Positions 25,501-36,102 of a stretch of DNA of 40,871 nt are shown here, one piece after another. The first letter of the stretch is position 1; every line of letters starts with the position of its first letter. This stretch comes from a virus. Taxonomy: Duplodnaviria; Caudoviricetes. The stretch lies in IMG/VR virus record IMGVR_UViG_3300030376_005400, positions 1-40,871 of that record. One strand, 5' to 3'. Under the pieces are notes generated by a model. The model saw only the letters and a list, made by a program, of their open reading frames with translations. It was not told the DNA's origin and ran no database searches. A program made the translations under genes and the position numbers.

Positions 25501-28500
25501 GCCTGTCTAGTGCTCATTCTTCTATTAATGCCTTCTACGTCAAGCGCTATAGTTTCTTGTTGAGAGACAATCCAAGGGTCATCTATTACATCATCTTGAT
25601 CACCGTATCTACGTGCAGCTTTTTGCATATTCCCTTCAGTAGAACGGCTGTATTGAGCTTGATCCCTGTAACCCCCAGACCTAAGTTTAGCCCTCACGTC
25701 TCTAACGTTTGAATTAAAGCTTTGATCGTAGGTGGCTTGACCGTGCATTCTAGGTTGAGAAACACCTATATACCCATCATTAGCTAAAGACATTTTCCAA
25801 TCGTCTATCATTCTCTTAGCTAAAAGGCTGTCAGCGCCCTCAACTTTAGTAAACAATTGCATTACCCTATTTACGTGAACATAAGATTGCATCTTAGCTT
25901 TAAGAATTTCATCCTTAAAATGAGGATTAGATGGGTTTGTCGCATACGCATACTCACCCAAATCGTCCATAAAGTTATTAAACCGATCACCGTCCCTAGT
26001 CAAATATCCATTAACTGCGTCTATTTGCCTGTACTTGTTATCCCTCCAAGAAAGGAACTCAAGAACTTCTTGGAAAGTTCCACCTTCCTTAAAATAATTT
26101 GCCGTAATAGGATCAGTTTTAATAGCAGCTCTTATAGAGCGAACACGAGCCATCGTCCTTACAGAAGTAATCGTATCTCTTCTGGTTGCTGCAGTCATAG
26201 TATCAACTACGCTAGGAACGCTACTTCCTTCAGAAACCCTGTAGATGTCGTTTAGGATTATTTTACCTTCACCTGTTTTAGGGGAAATACCTGCAGGCGT
26301 AACCTGAACAACTTCAGTAGCAGGTTGTGGCATTCCCAAATCTGCGTCTTGTAACTCTAAACTGCCTTTGTATTTGTTAGCGAGCAACAATTCCATTTCT
26401 TTAGCTTGATTAGACGTTAAAGCGTCTTTAGTAATTACTCGTATTATTTCATCCATGACAAGCGGATCTTGCCTGCCCAGAATGTCTACCATTCTTTCGC
26501 CTAAAGAAATCATGTCTTGTGGCATAAGTTTGGTAGGCCCTTCCCAGCCAACCAAACGAAGTATTTGATCAGTAAACTGACTTAAATCATCACCTTTAAG
26601 ACCAGCAGGGTTAGCAGGACTAAGCTCAGTCCAGAATCTATACAAACCTTCTTCATAGCCATTGAAATGGATAAGAGATGTGTCACCCATAGTTCTAGCT
26701 TGCGCATCTAGCTTAAGCAAAGCTGCTGTAATTTCTTCAGGTTCTTTAACTTGAAGTACAGGATCAACACCATAAAACCTTATTTCTCCCATGTTTGTAT
26801 CAACAGCTAGACCTTGATACTTAACCCCTTCCCTGTAAGCGTAAGGCGCTAACGTCATCCTAGACTTACCCCCAAATGGGCTTTGCTGATGGCCCATGAC
26901 ATCAGAAAGGCCCAAAGGTTTAGCAATCGTGTCATCGTAGCCACCTGAATTATCCAAAAGTCTAAGAAGACCAGATTTGCCTTCTGTTGCCCACGTATCT
27001 AAAACAACTTTGGTTGGTAAAACGTTAGAAGCAAACTGCTTCAGCATTTCGTCTTCGTCTGTCAAATAAGGTAACCCAAAATATTCAGATAAATATTTTG
27101 TTCTAACTTCCAAGAAATGCGCCAACTCATCTAATGCCTTTGCATCTAAATTAGGAACAGCGTTCTCTAAATAATTTCTCCAACCTCCCACAGAGTTACG
27201 CACATGCAACATTCGTTCTACTTGCTGATTCATTGAATCAGGCATAAACCCACTAGGTAATTTTCTAGCAATATCTTCAGGGATATCATTAGGAAAGTAC
27301 AAACTTTCATCGTATGCGCCATACATTTTAGGACCTAAACCTAATTCCATAACTTCTGTAATGTCGTAATTAACGCCTACAACTTCCCTTGGCTGTCCAC
27401 TAGCTCTAGTTGGAGTAAGCGGATCTCCTTGCCTTGCAAGATCATCTACACCCTCAAAGACTTTATTTAGCTCTTCTGCTAAATCATCCTTGACTCGCAT
27501 TATCTGAGCTTCCATATCTTTAGGCTTTAACTCTTCTAGTTTCGCAATCTTTCTTTGCGCACGCCTAGAAGCAAACCCAGCAGTCCGCCATTGCTGGTAT
27601 TGAGTGCCATATATTCTTTGACCCTTACCAAATCCTTTAGTCTCAAGCCATTCTTCAGTTAAAGGATTCTTACGTTCCCTAATTTCTACTTGGCTAGGTT
27701 TCCTAGCTTTGCGCTCTACAACAGTTCCATCTAATTGCGTATAACTTACCCTATCTTGTGGAGTAATTTCCTTTACACCTTTAGGTGCTTTAGGGCGTTT
27801 AGGTTCAACAGTAGGGCGAGGCCTAGGTGGCTCTAACGGCACAGGAGAATCCACAGGCACAAAGCTAACGTTATCCATTACGCTTGCGTTAATAGAATCC
27901 ACCATCGCATCAAATTCCATAGGGTGCGTATCTACGACATCAGCAGCATAATGATACAACCCAGTTTTCTTAGTTAATTGTTCCGCTAAATCATTTGCTG
28001 CCTGTTGACGAATTTGATCATCCGTCATATCCCAAGCAGCATTAGTAGCCACAGTAGATTTACCACCGTTGCCTTCCCAGTTTCTCATTTCAATGTCGTA
28101 TTTTTCCCAAGCTCTACTATCTTGTTTGTAAGCGGTTAATTCTTTGTTGTATTGAATCATTTCAGCTTCATACACTTGTTGTGCTTTAACATCAGCATCT
28201 GCAAGAGATTCAGGCGTGCTTTTGCTAACTATAATATTGTTTTGATCGTCTATAGAGACAGTAGTTGGTTGTTTTTCAACCAACTGCAGTCTTCCGTCAA
28301 CATATTCTAAAGCTTTATAGGGTTGTCCATCAGGAAGATGTTTTTCAGTTCCTTTAGAGGTAAAGAAAGCATCATCCATTCCATACCTAACAGTCGTAAA
28401 TCTACCAAACCTTTCAGCTTGATTACCCCAAGCATCAAGAGCGCTAGGTCTACCAGTTACAGGGTTTAGCTCTCCCCACAAAATACCGTAATTCTTAGCA

Positions 28501-31500
28501 GCACCTGTTCCATTAACTGACCAGTTCCCCAACAAAACATCAGCTATAAAATCATTGGACATTTTAAGAACTTGTGGTTCAACTTTTACTCCCCAGAAAC
28601 CCATTGCCATTTGAGTTAAATCTTGATTTGGCGGTTGATACTGAGGATCAAACATAGATCTTTGAGAATCGGCTGTACCTAATGTATCTTCATAAACAGG
28701 TCTAGGGTAACCTCCCTGTTGCGTTGCTCTAGGATCAACAGGCGCACGACCACGACTAGCTCTTTGAGAACCAGCTTCACCGCCAACAGTATACGGCTTT
28801 ATACTTTCATTAATTTTCATAACAGAATAAGCAGTACCACGTTGAACTCTGGCCTCCATACGAGGCACAGCAACACCCAAAATTTCATAAACCTTTTGAG
28901 CAGCTAACTGCTCATCTCTTTCACGGAAATTCTTTTTCTTTCCTTGCGGAGTTGCATTGTCATGCTGCGAAAACGATCTAACGTAATACGTTTCACCGTC
29001 AGCGCCTTTGTAGAAACCATCCAAAAGATCAAAGTCTTTTGGAGCAACAGGGAAAGCGTCACTCCCCTGAAAACCAATAACTTCTGGCTCTATTCTCATC
29101 TCTGGATTTAGCGTATCTAAATCAATATCAAACTTCTTAAGAGGAACAGGGCTTTGCACGCCTTGTTCCATCGCTTCACCAAACTTCTTAGCGTAACGCT
29201 CTACCCTAGCAATCTCTTCCATCGTCACAGGAACACCATCAAGCTCAACTTTCATATATTCTTCTAGCTTTGCAAAAGGATTCCTTGACAATTCTTCTTG
29301 AACTGAAACTAAACGCTTGTCTACTGCGTCCCTGTATTTGCCTATTTTTAACGCTAAATCAGAAGAACTCTCAACAGTCCCTAAAGATTGTTTCCCCATC
29401 AACAAATAGTATTGCCTTATAGCGTTGCCTAATTCTCTGTTAAGTTCAGGATTGGCAATAACCTTTGCTTGCTCATCTACACCATTATGCAAATGCGCTT
29501 TAATTAAGTTTCGCCATTGCTCAACGTTCTCTACGGTGGGAACACCAAACTGGGCAATAGGGCCTTGGTCTTCTAAATTGCTAAACTTTTTAGCTATTTG
29601 ATCTAACTCATCCATCAAAGATGAAATTTCCATATCCATTGATTGCAATGTCTTAAACATTGACGCAGGCAAATTAGCAGGATTTTCTTTGACGATAGCA
29701 TCGTGATGACTTATTTGGAACCATTGCCCCATACCTTCGTCAAACCTGAGCATTTCAGTATCAAAATATTGGCTTATTTCTCTGAAAGTCATTTCTGACC
29801 CATCAGATAAAACAACCGTCTTAGGTCCAACCATTTGAGAAATAGTTCCATCAGGCATAACCCTGTAAGAAACGCCACCGTCATTAAGGACCTTAACGGC
29901 CTGATGAGGTGTCATAAAGGCTCTAACCTTTGCAGGGGATGGTTCAGGACCCATTCTAGCAAGCACATCTTCATCAGGTCTTGCAGCCCCCATAGGAGTT
30001 ACTAACTCGTCTTCTCCTGTCATTTGGCCACGTTCTTCAAAGTTTCTCTTCAGGTAATCCTGAATCTCTTCACCTTCTCTTGTCCCTTGATGCCGTTTAG
30101 CGTTAGAAGCTTCCCACCTTTGCCTTTGATGCTTAATAGTGTTTTCAATCTCTAGCGTTTGAACGTCTGTTAGCTCTTCAGCAGTAATTTTTTGTTGCGG
30201 AGCAACATCATCTGTAACCGCAGAAACTTGTTCCAAAGCTTGCTCTCGTTCAAGAGGCGTAACGTCTTTTCCTGTTAGCGGATCACGGAAAGCAGGCTGA
30301 TCTAAAGCTTGCGCTCTTTGAGGTGGAGCATCAGGGAACGTCATCCGTGCTATATCGTCTTCCCACCTTCGCAAAGTTAATTCTATAACTTTGCGATCTA
30401 CCATTTGACCAATTCCTTGAGAACCAGCTATTCCCTGCACTTCTTGATAACCAAGTTTATTAAAGGAAGTTATCGCAGACATTTCAGCAGGAAGATCTTG
30501 TTCAACTTGCCTCATAATAACTGGCAACAGTTCTTCTGAGGTCATGTGATGCCAATTAGGCATTTGCAAAAGTTCAGGCATAAATTCATGCGCCTTATGC
30601 GCATCTAAACCTTTAGTAATCTCAAGAAGTTTATTCACTTCAGTCGAAACACGTACTTTTGCTTGCAAATAGCTTTCGTACATGCTTGCAACATTAGGAA
30701 TGTTTCCAGCTTCGTCAGCGAACTCTTCCCAATTTATGCTACGTATAAACATTTCTAATTCACGTTTAAGGTCTTGACGTATCGCCCTTAACGCAGGGTC
30801 AGTAATCTGTGACGGATCAACTTCCGCATCTATACCTTTAATTACTCGTATGATGTCGTCTTTAGTTTCGTTCCAAATTTCTCTACCAACGCTGTCATTC
30901 CAAATAGTGTTTAACGTAGATAGCTCCAAATCTACATCGTCACCAAAGACGCTCATATTTGTCATCCTATGAGCTTCATAATTCCTATTTGCCTGTATTA
31001 CCTCAGCAATAGCTTGAGTGTATTTATCGGCAGCATCTCTGGCTCGTTCTACGTTTCCAAACCTTTCAATAAGGTGCTGTTCTATTTTTGCTCTAGTTTG
31101 GACACCGTTGCTTAATGACTCGTACAGATAATAATAAACGTTATCCGTTATATCATCTCCACCAATCATTAACCTTTGGAGCACTTCTTGAAGTTCTTGG
31201 ATTTCCACATTCGCTTCTATCGCTTTTTGGAACTGAGGAAATTCTTCAATTGATATTTCTCCAGCTTTAAATTTTTCAATGTCAAACATGAACCGTTCTT
31301 GTTCGTCCATAACTTGCATCAACTTGTTGAACAGTTCGTCTGTTTTTTCAACAGACTCTGCGTACATTTGCTCACGTCTATTAAGCAATTGCTCACGATC
31401 CAATGCACGAGACAATTCTGTCTCGTAATCAGCAAGCAACTTAGCGTGTTGGTTTTCTAAATTTGTAATAGTTTCATTAATTAAACGTTGCTGAGCTACT

Positions 31501-34310
31501 TCAGCTTCCGCAGCCCGAATAATTGTTTCATCTATTTCAACTTCTTTTTTCTTAATTGTCTGAACCATGCGAGTTAAACGCCTACTTGCTGCAACCGAAG
31601 AAGCAGAAGGCATCTTTAAACCAGTTACCCAACCAGTAGCATTAGGCGACCATCCACCTTTAATAATTCTCTGATTTAACCAATTCATTCCAACTAATTG
31701 AGAAACACCTTGGTTGTAGTTGTCTAAAACTTTTTGCATATTAAAGCTAAAGAAATCAGAGTTCATCCCTAGGTTTTCTAGAATCTCAGACATTTGCTCA
31801 GGGATAGTTCCATACGCTCTACCGCTTATCGGGTTTAGCTGTCCAACGTTTCCTAATTCTTCTCCAAAGAAACTAGTCCTAGGAGAACTAGTTGAATTAG
31901 CAAACTGTCTGCGGAAACTTTCCATTTGCGCATCAGTAGGAGGAACAACCTTTCCTTGTGGATTACGCACAGGTGTGTAATTGTCAGCAAACCATTTTTC
32001 AAATTCTGTTTCAAATTCTTTAGGCTCAACATAAAAACGTCTTTGCTCAGGACCTACAGCCGTGCCTTTCTGTTTACTTGCAATGGCTGCTTTCCACTCA
32101 TCAGTTAATTGATGAGGGAAATAGCCTGCTCTCTTGGCAAGAAAATCTGTTTGTGCCATGCTGTTCGCCATCAAACGCAAACTCTCCATTAAAGTTGCTC
32201 CTTGGCCAACAAGGTCAATACCAGTCTTTAACGCAACTTGTTCCATAACTTCTATAGCTGCTTGATCGCCTTCTATCGCTGACATTAAAAGACGTTGAAA
32301 TGCTTCACTATCGTTCTTTGCGTAAGCAGTAGGGAAATCCCCCAAAAGAACACCATTCTCAGCTTTCCACGCATTAAGAATAGGCTTTATGCTTCCTAAC
32401 TCATCATTAACAATCGCTCTAACTTTGTTTAAAAACAAATTAGTAGGTTTGTCCAATTCTTTACGAGCACGCATTGTAAGCATTCTTGCCTGCCCATTCC
32501 AACTAAACAGTTCCTTAGCAGCAATAACTTCCCAAGGGTTATTGGAACCTTTCATAATTTGTTTAGCTGTAGGCAGACCACCCTCAAGCTTTGTTAGTTT
32601 TTTTACGCCCTTTTGGGTTCTATACTTCCCCCATGTCCCACGAAATGCTTGAGGTAAAGCTCTAAAAGTTTTATCTAAAGCAGGGCTAGAAAACTTAAAC
32701 ATTGTTATACCGTATTGACGGTCTGCAATACCCAAAGTTGGAGTTAATCTCGCACGGTAAGCTAACTTGTTAATAGTTTCTGCTGGGAAAATCTTTCGTG
32801 CTCCCTCAGCAAAAGTAATTCCTTGCTTTTTGCCCACATGTTTAGAAAAAGGAACAGTTGTGTTTCTGGCTATATCGCCAGTAAAAGGAATTTTAAACCC
32901 ATACGTAATTTTTTCTAAATCATCCGCAAAAGGCATAAAGTCATCAAGCAATCTGTTCCATTGCCCTTCTATTACATTTCCAGCGTCATCTAATTTTGCT
33001 CCACCTGCCTCTATCCATTGTTGAGGCGTAAGCATGTCATCATTCAAGCCTTTTCGCTGTGCGTAATTACCCAACTTTCTAATGTCGTCTATCGTTAGCG
33101 CTGATCTTCCGAACCTATTACTCTTTAACGTAAGTGCAGCTATCTCTATGTATTCTTCTATTAAATCGTCAGCACCTTTAAAGAATAACCTACTTGAAGA
33201 CGTACCTATTTGAGGAGTAACGCCAACAGGAAACATGCCCCCCATAGGAGTTGCTTGGGCTGGAAGCCAACCACCTCTAGCGCTTTGCTTAATTGCAAAA
33301 TCATCCAAGATTTTAGTAATGACTTGCCTGTATTCAGCGGAAGTAGCTTTGGGTCCTAACTCTGCAAGAGTTTTTTGAACTTGATTTGATAAGTCATCTA
33401 TAGCTTCATCAGGGACAAGAGCACGTATTTGCGCACTAACTATTTCATCTGCCTGTTTCCCACCTTGACGAACCACATTTCTTGTAAAAGCAGTTTCAAG
33501 CAGTTCTTTCGTACTTGCACGAACAATCTTTTGAGCGTTCCTTATCGTTGCCATACCTATTTGGCGATAAGCACCTAACCCACCAAACCAGTTCAAAGGA
33601 TCAAGAATTAAATCTGCAGGTAAAGCAGTTAAACCAGACGCAGAAACCGTCATTCCAAACCTAGGCCCAATACCTCCATAATACAAAGGATTTAATGGGA
33701 TGCTTGTAGACCAACTATTTTGCAACCAGTTCTCTTTATGTAACCACTCACCAAAAGAAAAATACTCTTCACCAGTAAGAATATTCCATTTTGCCTTAAT
33801 TCTTTCCCAACTGTAAGGATTGTTTTCATCCCAATTAGTGTCTTGCCCACGAACTAACGCAATACCAGATTGCATTAAATCAACAGTATCTGAAACGCCA
33901 GAAGCTGCTAGCCCTAAACCAATTCCCAATGATTGCAAAAGCTTCCCAGAAGGAGACTCCATAACATCGCCTAATGCTTTTTGCCACCAAGGCATAGCAT
34001 CCCTTGCTGCTTTTTCCGCAGCAGCACGTTGCTCTCCAAAATAATCGTAATCAGGATCAACAGCAGTTTTCCACACGTTATCCATAATTGGATTAGGCCT
34101 GTAATCATCAGTAGACAAATGCCAAGTAATAGGAGCAAGGTTGTGGTTCTTTAACACGTACTGCTGATAAGCACTAGGTTCAATTTCAATAGTTTTTAAA
34201 GCCTGAGATATTTGCGCTCTAGTTCCTATTTCAGGTTTATCAACAGTATCTAAAGAAGCTTGGTTTAATGCCTTAAAGGCCTTTAGCCTATTTGGGTCTT
34301 GTATTTGCAT
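22539..34310 (-). CDS. Giant (3923 aa) polyvalent internal virion / ejection protein
   Basis: Last of three ejection-type genes; DLILDPLNW near N-terminus; LPD38-like C-terminus HFDYSDLS..ER..KR.IPFYTW; kinase-like and possibly ART-like internal motifs. Confidence 0.8.
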   Translation of the reverse strand: MQIQDPNRLKAFKALNQASLDTVDKPEIGTRAQISQALKTIEIEPSAYQQYVLKNHNLAPITWHLSTDDYRPNPIMDNVWKTAVDPDYDYFGEQRAAAEKAARDAMPWWQKALGDVMESPSGKLLQSLGIGLGLAASGVSDTVDLMQSGIALVRGQDTNWDENNPYSWERIKAKWNILTGEEYFSFGEWLHKENWLQNSWSTSIPLNPLYYGGIGPRFGMTVSASGLTALPADLILDPLNWFGGLGAYRQIGMATIRNAQKIVRASTKELLETAFTRNVVRQGGKQADEIVSAQIRALVPDEAIDDLSNQVQKTLAELGPKATSAEYRQVITKILDDFAIKQSARGGWLPAQATPMGGMFPVGVTPQIGTSSSRLFFKGADDLIEEYIEIAALTLKSNRFGRSALTIDDIRKLGNYAQRKGLNDDMLTPQQWIEAGGAKLDDAGNVIEGQWNRLLDDFMPFADDLEKITYGFKIPFTGDIARNTTVPFSKHVGKKQGITFAEGARKIFPAETINKLAYRARLTPTLGIADRQYGITMFKFSSPALDKTFRALPQAFRGTWGKYRTQKGVKKLTKLEGGLPTAKQIMKGSNNPWEVIAAKELFSWNGQARMLTMRARKELDKPTNLFLNKVRAIVNDELGSIKPILNAWKAENGVLLGDFPTAYAKNDSEAFQRLLMSAIEGDQAAIEVMEQVALKTGIDLVGQGATLMESLRLMANSMAQTDFLAKRAGYFPHQLTDEWKAAIASKQKGTAVGPEQRRFYVEPKEFETEFEKWFADNYTPVRNPQGKVVPPTDAQMESFRRQFANSTSSPRTSFFGEELGNVGQLNPISGRAYGTIPEQMSEILENLGMNSDFFSFNMQKVLDNYNQGVSQLVGMNWLNQRIIKGGWSPNATGWVTGLKMPSASSVAASRRLTRMVQTIKKKEVEIDETIIRAAEAEVAQQRLINETITNLENQHAKLLADYETELSRALDREQLLNRREQMYAESVEKTDELFNKLMQVMDEQERFMFDIEKFKAGEISIEEFPQFQKAIEANVEIQELQEVLQRLMIGGDDITDNVYYYLYESLSNGVQTRAKIEQHLIERFGNVERARDAADKYTQAIAEVIQANRNYEAHRMTNMSVFGDDVDLELSTLNTIWNDSVGREIWNETKDDIIRVIKGIDAEVDPSQITDPALRAIRQDLKRELEMFIRSINWEEFADEAGNIPNVASMYESYLQAKVRVSTEVNKLLEITKGLDAHKAHEFMPELLQMPNWHHMTSEELLPVIMRQVEQDLPAEMSAITSFNKLGYQEVQGIAGSQGIGQMVDRKVIELTLRRWEDDIARMTFPDAPPQRAQALDQPAFRDPLTGKDVTPLEREQALEQVSAVTDDVAPQQKITAEELTDVQTLEIENTIKHQRQRWEASNAKRHQGTREGEEIQDYLKRNFEERGQMTGEDELVTPMGAARPDEDVLARMGPEPSPAKVRAFMTPHQAVKVLNDGGVSYRVMPDGTISQMVGPKTVVLSDGSEMTFREISQYFDTEMLRFDEGMGQWFQISHHDAIVKENPANLPASMFKTLQSMDMEISSLMDELDQIAKKFSNLEDQGPIAQFGVPTVENVEQWRNLIKAHLHNGVDEQAKVIANPELNRELGNAIRQYYLLMGKQSLGTVESSSDLALKIGKYRDAVDKRLVSVQEELSRNPFAKLEEYMKVELDGVPVTMEEIARVERYAKKFGEAMEQGVQSPVPLKKFDIDLDTLNPEMRIEPEVIGFQGSDAFPVAPKDFDLLDGFYKGADGETYYVRSFSQHDNATPQGKKKNFRERDEQLAAQKVYEILGVAVPRMEARVQRGTAYSVMKINESIKPYTVGGEAGSQRASRGRAPVDPRATQQGGYPRPVYEDTLGTADSQRSMFDPQYQPPNQDLTQMAMGFWGVKVEPQVLKMSNDFIADVLLGNWSVNGTGAAKNYGILWGELNPVTGRPSALDAWGNQAERFGRFTTVRYGMDDAFFTSKGTEKHLPDGQPYKALEYVDGRLQLVEKQPTTVSIDDQNNIIVSKSTPESLADADVKAQQVYEAEMIQYNKELTAYKQDSRAWEKYDIEMRNWEGNGGKSTVATNAAWDMTDDQIRQQAANDLAEQLTKKTGLYHYAADVVDTHPMEFDAMVDSINASVMDNVSFVPVDSPVPLEPPRPRPTVEPKRPKAPKGVKEITPQDRVSYTQLDGTVVERKARKPSQVEIRERKNPLTEEWLETKGFGKGQRIYGTQYQQWRTAGFASRRAQRKIAKLEELKPKDMEAQIMRVKDDLAEELNKVFEGVDDLARQGDPLTPTRASGQPREVVGVNYDITEVMELGLGPKMYGAYDESLYFPNDIPEDIARKLPSGFMPDSMNQQVERMLHVRNSVGGWRNYLENAVPNLDAKALDELAHFLEVRTKYLSEYFGLPYLTDEDEMLKQFASNVLPTKVVLDTWATEGKSGLLRLLDNSGGYDDTIAKPLGLSDVMGHQQSPFGGKSRMTLAPYAYREGVKYQGLAVDTNMGEIRFYGVDPVLQVKEPEEITAALLKLDAQARTMGDTSLIHFNGYEEGLYRFWTELSPANPAGLKGDDLSQFTDQILRLVGWEGPTKLMPQDMISLGERMVDILGRQDPLVMDEIIRVITKDALTSNQAKEMELLLANKYKGSLELQDADLGMPQPATEVVQVTPAGISPKTGEGKIILNDIYRVSEGSSVPSVVDTMTAATRRDTITSVRTMARVRSIRAAIKTDPITANYFKEGGTFQEVLEFLSWRDNKYRQIDAVNGYLTRDGDRFNNFMDDLGEYAYATNPSNPHFKDEILKAKMQSYVHVNRVMQLFTKVEGADSLLAKRMIDDWKMSLANDGYIGVSQPRMHGQATYDQSFNSNVRDVRAKLRSGGYRDQAQYSRSTEGNMQKAARRYGDQDDVIDDPWIVSQQETIALDVEGINRRMSTRQASDLENETWDAMADPVEQARKGTVQAPFTMDYIITNPNAIVVDPEWAAHRARQQINAAIDVHHFLAASNEQMRTGLVTRVYTAKGLADTFRGGDDTVKQLIAEGTLREVDAETYVNKFKVLERDPNVPSRREPFADMESMTIKDRPAEVPMPSDTHHVVAGFNELYTDQKIYAFNDNPVLDEKWKKWWNADEQELIDEIVASKIPTRESLIKRYDEQVRNFLNNPTLDFKGASVADKAAYEALQASARGNMFPLFLKGGRPKGKIVERKGLQKALDIKDQAAYDIGRENYSLLKKDVFENINESKQIKYNMENLQAHYMDRLKALGDLHKIRTSRPYDTQLSKDVEKLRRWMPDDEIEATGLAKELEDVELRILQEKQALDYVTQRIQLHVDARNKLKNMIDGFAEDDLLAIGSLENLLDFSASLKQIGINDLDEIDYVLKTLNNPKPDVDQLFVPNYSEMSEKTKERLFTSLIYAHDAAKNPVGLANSSREGITETIMGTTKLGLETTGKPPKTLVQYYDNVHNVTKGYMILKAGFLARNFYGALWMNYLADVPVSAYSNFLNAYKYLKYQDEIADAAIFGASKPKLRRRVLRDAQQLADAARKKTNPKDINAVRAMMDGGLIGKEGSGFYGQEFIPDSKRAIKIGNREIQTVKRWRGRDWNVRAAMPFSSQFIVLKKFRGANATVEDVVRGSLGLHTLNSGGTVDDAWDNIVKWHFDYSDLSQTERKIKRLIPFYTWSRHAIPLTIGQFFQQPAKFHRYAIMMRALSDKEDRNVGPVPDWMLRQGGVRLPASMDVQGNPVYFMPDLPVRSTFDMLNEPVSELAQGDVLGAVGATLRSGASMMTPLAKAPLELMMNRNIWKDYSFKDRYEHVPFWLEKVPLLMPLLESQGVAQPLPNGGYAIKSKWLHFLTQVTPPISDLRRIAPTEEKYQERHFSNIMSWFFGIGLRTLSPYEIEQAQTGQYYENRQKTTDANRLQLLDAIHNNN

Positions 34311-34317
34311 ACATTTC

Positions 34318-36102
34318 CTATTCCATATTGGCTATTTGCTGAGCAGCTAAATCCCCATAAAACCTATCAAAACCTTGATAGATTTGCTGGTTTCCAAATG
34401 GATAATTTATTTGTGGCGGAGGAACCAGCGTCTGGCCTGCTGACCATACTGGTTCGCTTGTAGCAAATATAGGATCTACTTCAGCGTCCAGAAATGAGCC
34501 TGCTTGGTATGGAGCAACTTGATCTAGGTAATCAACCGCCCCCAAAATTCTTTGCCCACTAGCAGTCAGGCCATTAACATCGCTTATTCCCCTAGTGCTC
34601 ATAAACTCATCCATAGCTGTTTTGGCAGCAACAACGTCAGCGTGTTCAGAATCTCCGTATTTTGCAAGCGCTTCAGTATAAGCGTCTTTCTTAGCCCTGT
34701 AAGAAAGCGCTATAGAAGCATCTGCAGTATTCCAACCCAATTCAGTCAAACCTTCCAAAGTGTTAACTGAAGCTGCTGGTGAAGCTTCTGTTGATTTAGC
34801 AACTTCTTTCAGCAAGTCTTGCTGTTGCCAAGGCTCCATAGCTTGCCATGTTGCTACAGAAACACCTGCAATAATAGAGTTCATCTGATCTGATCTCATC
34901 TGACCCAATTGTTCTTGAGCTTTTTCAGGAGAATACGCATTTTCCCACAACTCAGTCTTTAACTCGCTAGGCATAACTTTATACATTTCAGGTGGAATGC
35001 CTAACAAACTTGCTGCTAATTGATCGTCACGTTCTTTTGACTCAGCCTTAGCTCGTGCTGCAGCAGCAGCAGCAGCTTGAGCACGTCTGCGCTGTTCTTC
35101 CTGTATATACGTCTGAGTACGTTGCCCCTCTATTTGCATTAATGCTTGCGCCATAGCCATATCCTGAGCATAACCCTGTTGAGCAAGCCTTTGGGCTTCT
35201 CCCAAAACTTGCTCACGTTCTCTAGCATTTAATTGACGTAAAGCATCTGACGTTGTTTGTTTAATCTGATTCTCTAAACGGAACTTCTCATCGCCTACAG
35301 CCATCTGTGCTTGTGCCATTAACTTAGCTGGCATAGCAAGACGTTCTTGCGAAGCCATACGAGAAACAGTCCTAAGCCTATCCATAGCAGCAGCACTAGA
35401 TTCCGCTGTACTAGAACGCAAACCTTCAGTTAAAGCTACAACTTCTTCAAACTCAGAAGAAACCTGTTGCCCTAATTGTGCTCTTTGAGCTGATACACGA
35501 GAAGCTTCATCTATAGCTGCTTGCCCTCTACGGTCTACGCCTGCTTGAGCAATTGAATCTAATTCTTGTGAACCTGCAGTATCTAATACACGAAGCTCGC
35601 TAGTCAAATCTGAACCTATTTCGTTTATTTGACTAATTCGCCTATCAAAAGCATCTTGCAAAAATGTTAATTGCTCTTGGTTCATTTCTTCTATGTCTAT
35701 ACGGCCTTGTTCAGCCAATGATTGAATCTCGGAAGTAAAGTCTTTGTGTTCAATTTCACCAAACAGATCTCTGGTAGATTGCGCTAGGTTGTCGTAAATG
35801 TCTGCAAAGAAATTGCTACCACCACCTGCACCACCACCTGTGTTTACACTATTTGTATCTGCTTGTTGGTTGGCCCTTAGCCAAGATGAATTTCTGTTTA
35901 TACTTCCATCAGCATTCTGAAACAGAGGATTAATTGTTTGGCTATCTGGAGTAGCTTGATTGCCTGCAATTCCACCTGCTTTAGACCAATCAATAGGATC
36001 TAACTGAAGAGGTGGCTCAGCCCCTGTGAACCTTTTACCTATTTCATCTATGTTGGCTGTAATAAGGTCATCTGAACTGTATTGGTTTTCTTTTGTTGTC
36101 AC
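34318..36102 (-). CDS. Internal virion protein (Ala/Gln-rich coiled coil)
   Basis: 594 aa; helical composition; precedes the giant protein. Confidence 0.65.
   Translation of the reverse strand: MTTKENQYSSDDLITANIDEIGKRFTGAEPPLQLDPIDWSKAGGIAGNQATPDSQTINPLFQNADGSINRNSSWLRANQQADTNSVNTGGGAGGGSNFFADIYDNLAQSTRDLFGEIEHKDFTSEIQSLAEQGRIDIEEMNQEQLTFLQDAFDRRISQINEIGSDLTSELRVLDTAGSQELDSIAQAGVDRRGQAAIDEASRVSAQRAQLGQQVSSEFEEVVALTEGLRSSTAESSAAAMDRLRTVSRMASQERLAMPAKLMAQAQMAVGDEKFRLENQIKQTTSDALRQLNAREREQVLGEAQRLAQQGYAQDMAMAQALMQIEGQRTQTYIQEEQRRRAQAAAAAAARAKAESKERDDQLAASLLGIPPEMYKVMPSELKTELWENAYSPEKAQEQLGQMRSDQMNSIIAGVSVATWQAMEPWQQQDLLKEVAKSTEASPAASVNTLEGLTELGWNTADASIALSYRAKKDAYTEALAKYGDSEHADVVAAKTAMDEFMSTRGISDVNGLTASGQRILGAVDYLDQVAPYQAGSFLDAEVDPIFATSEPVWSAGQTLVPPPQINYPFGNQQIYQGFDRFYGDLAAQQIANME

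Noticed and set aside
22539-34310. Giant protein as an N4- or crAss-type virion RNA polymerase
   Set aside because: Size and the hairpin leaders are suggestive and a DIDLD string occurs near 29115-29130, but it lacks the usual flanking context. I see no ordered T7/N4 motifs A, B, C. Not supported without structure prediction.
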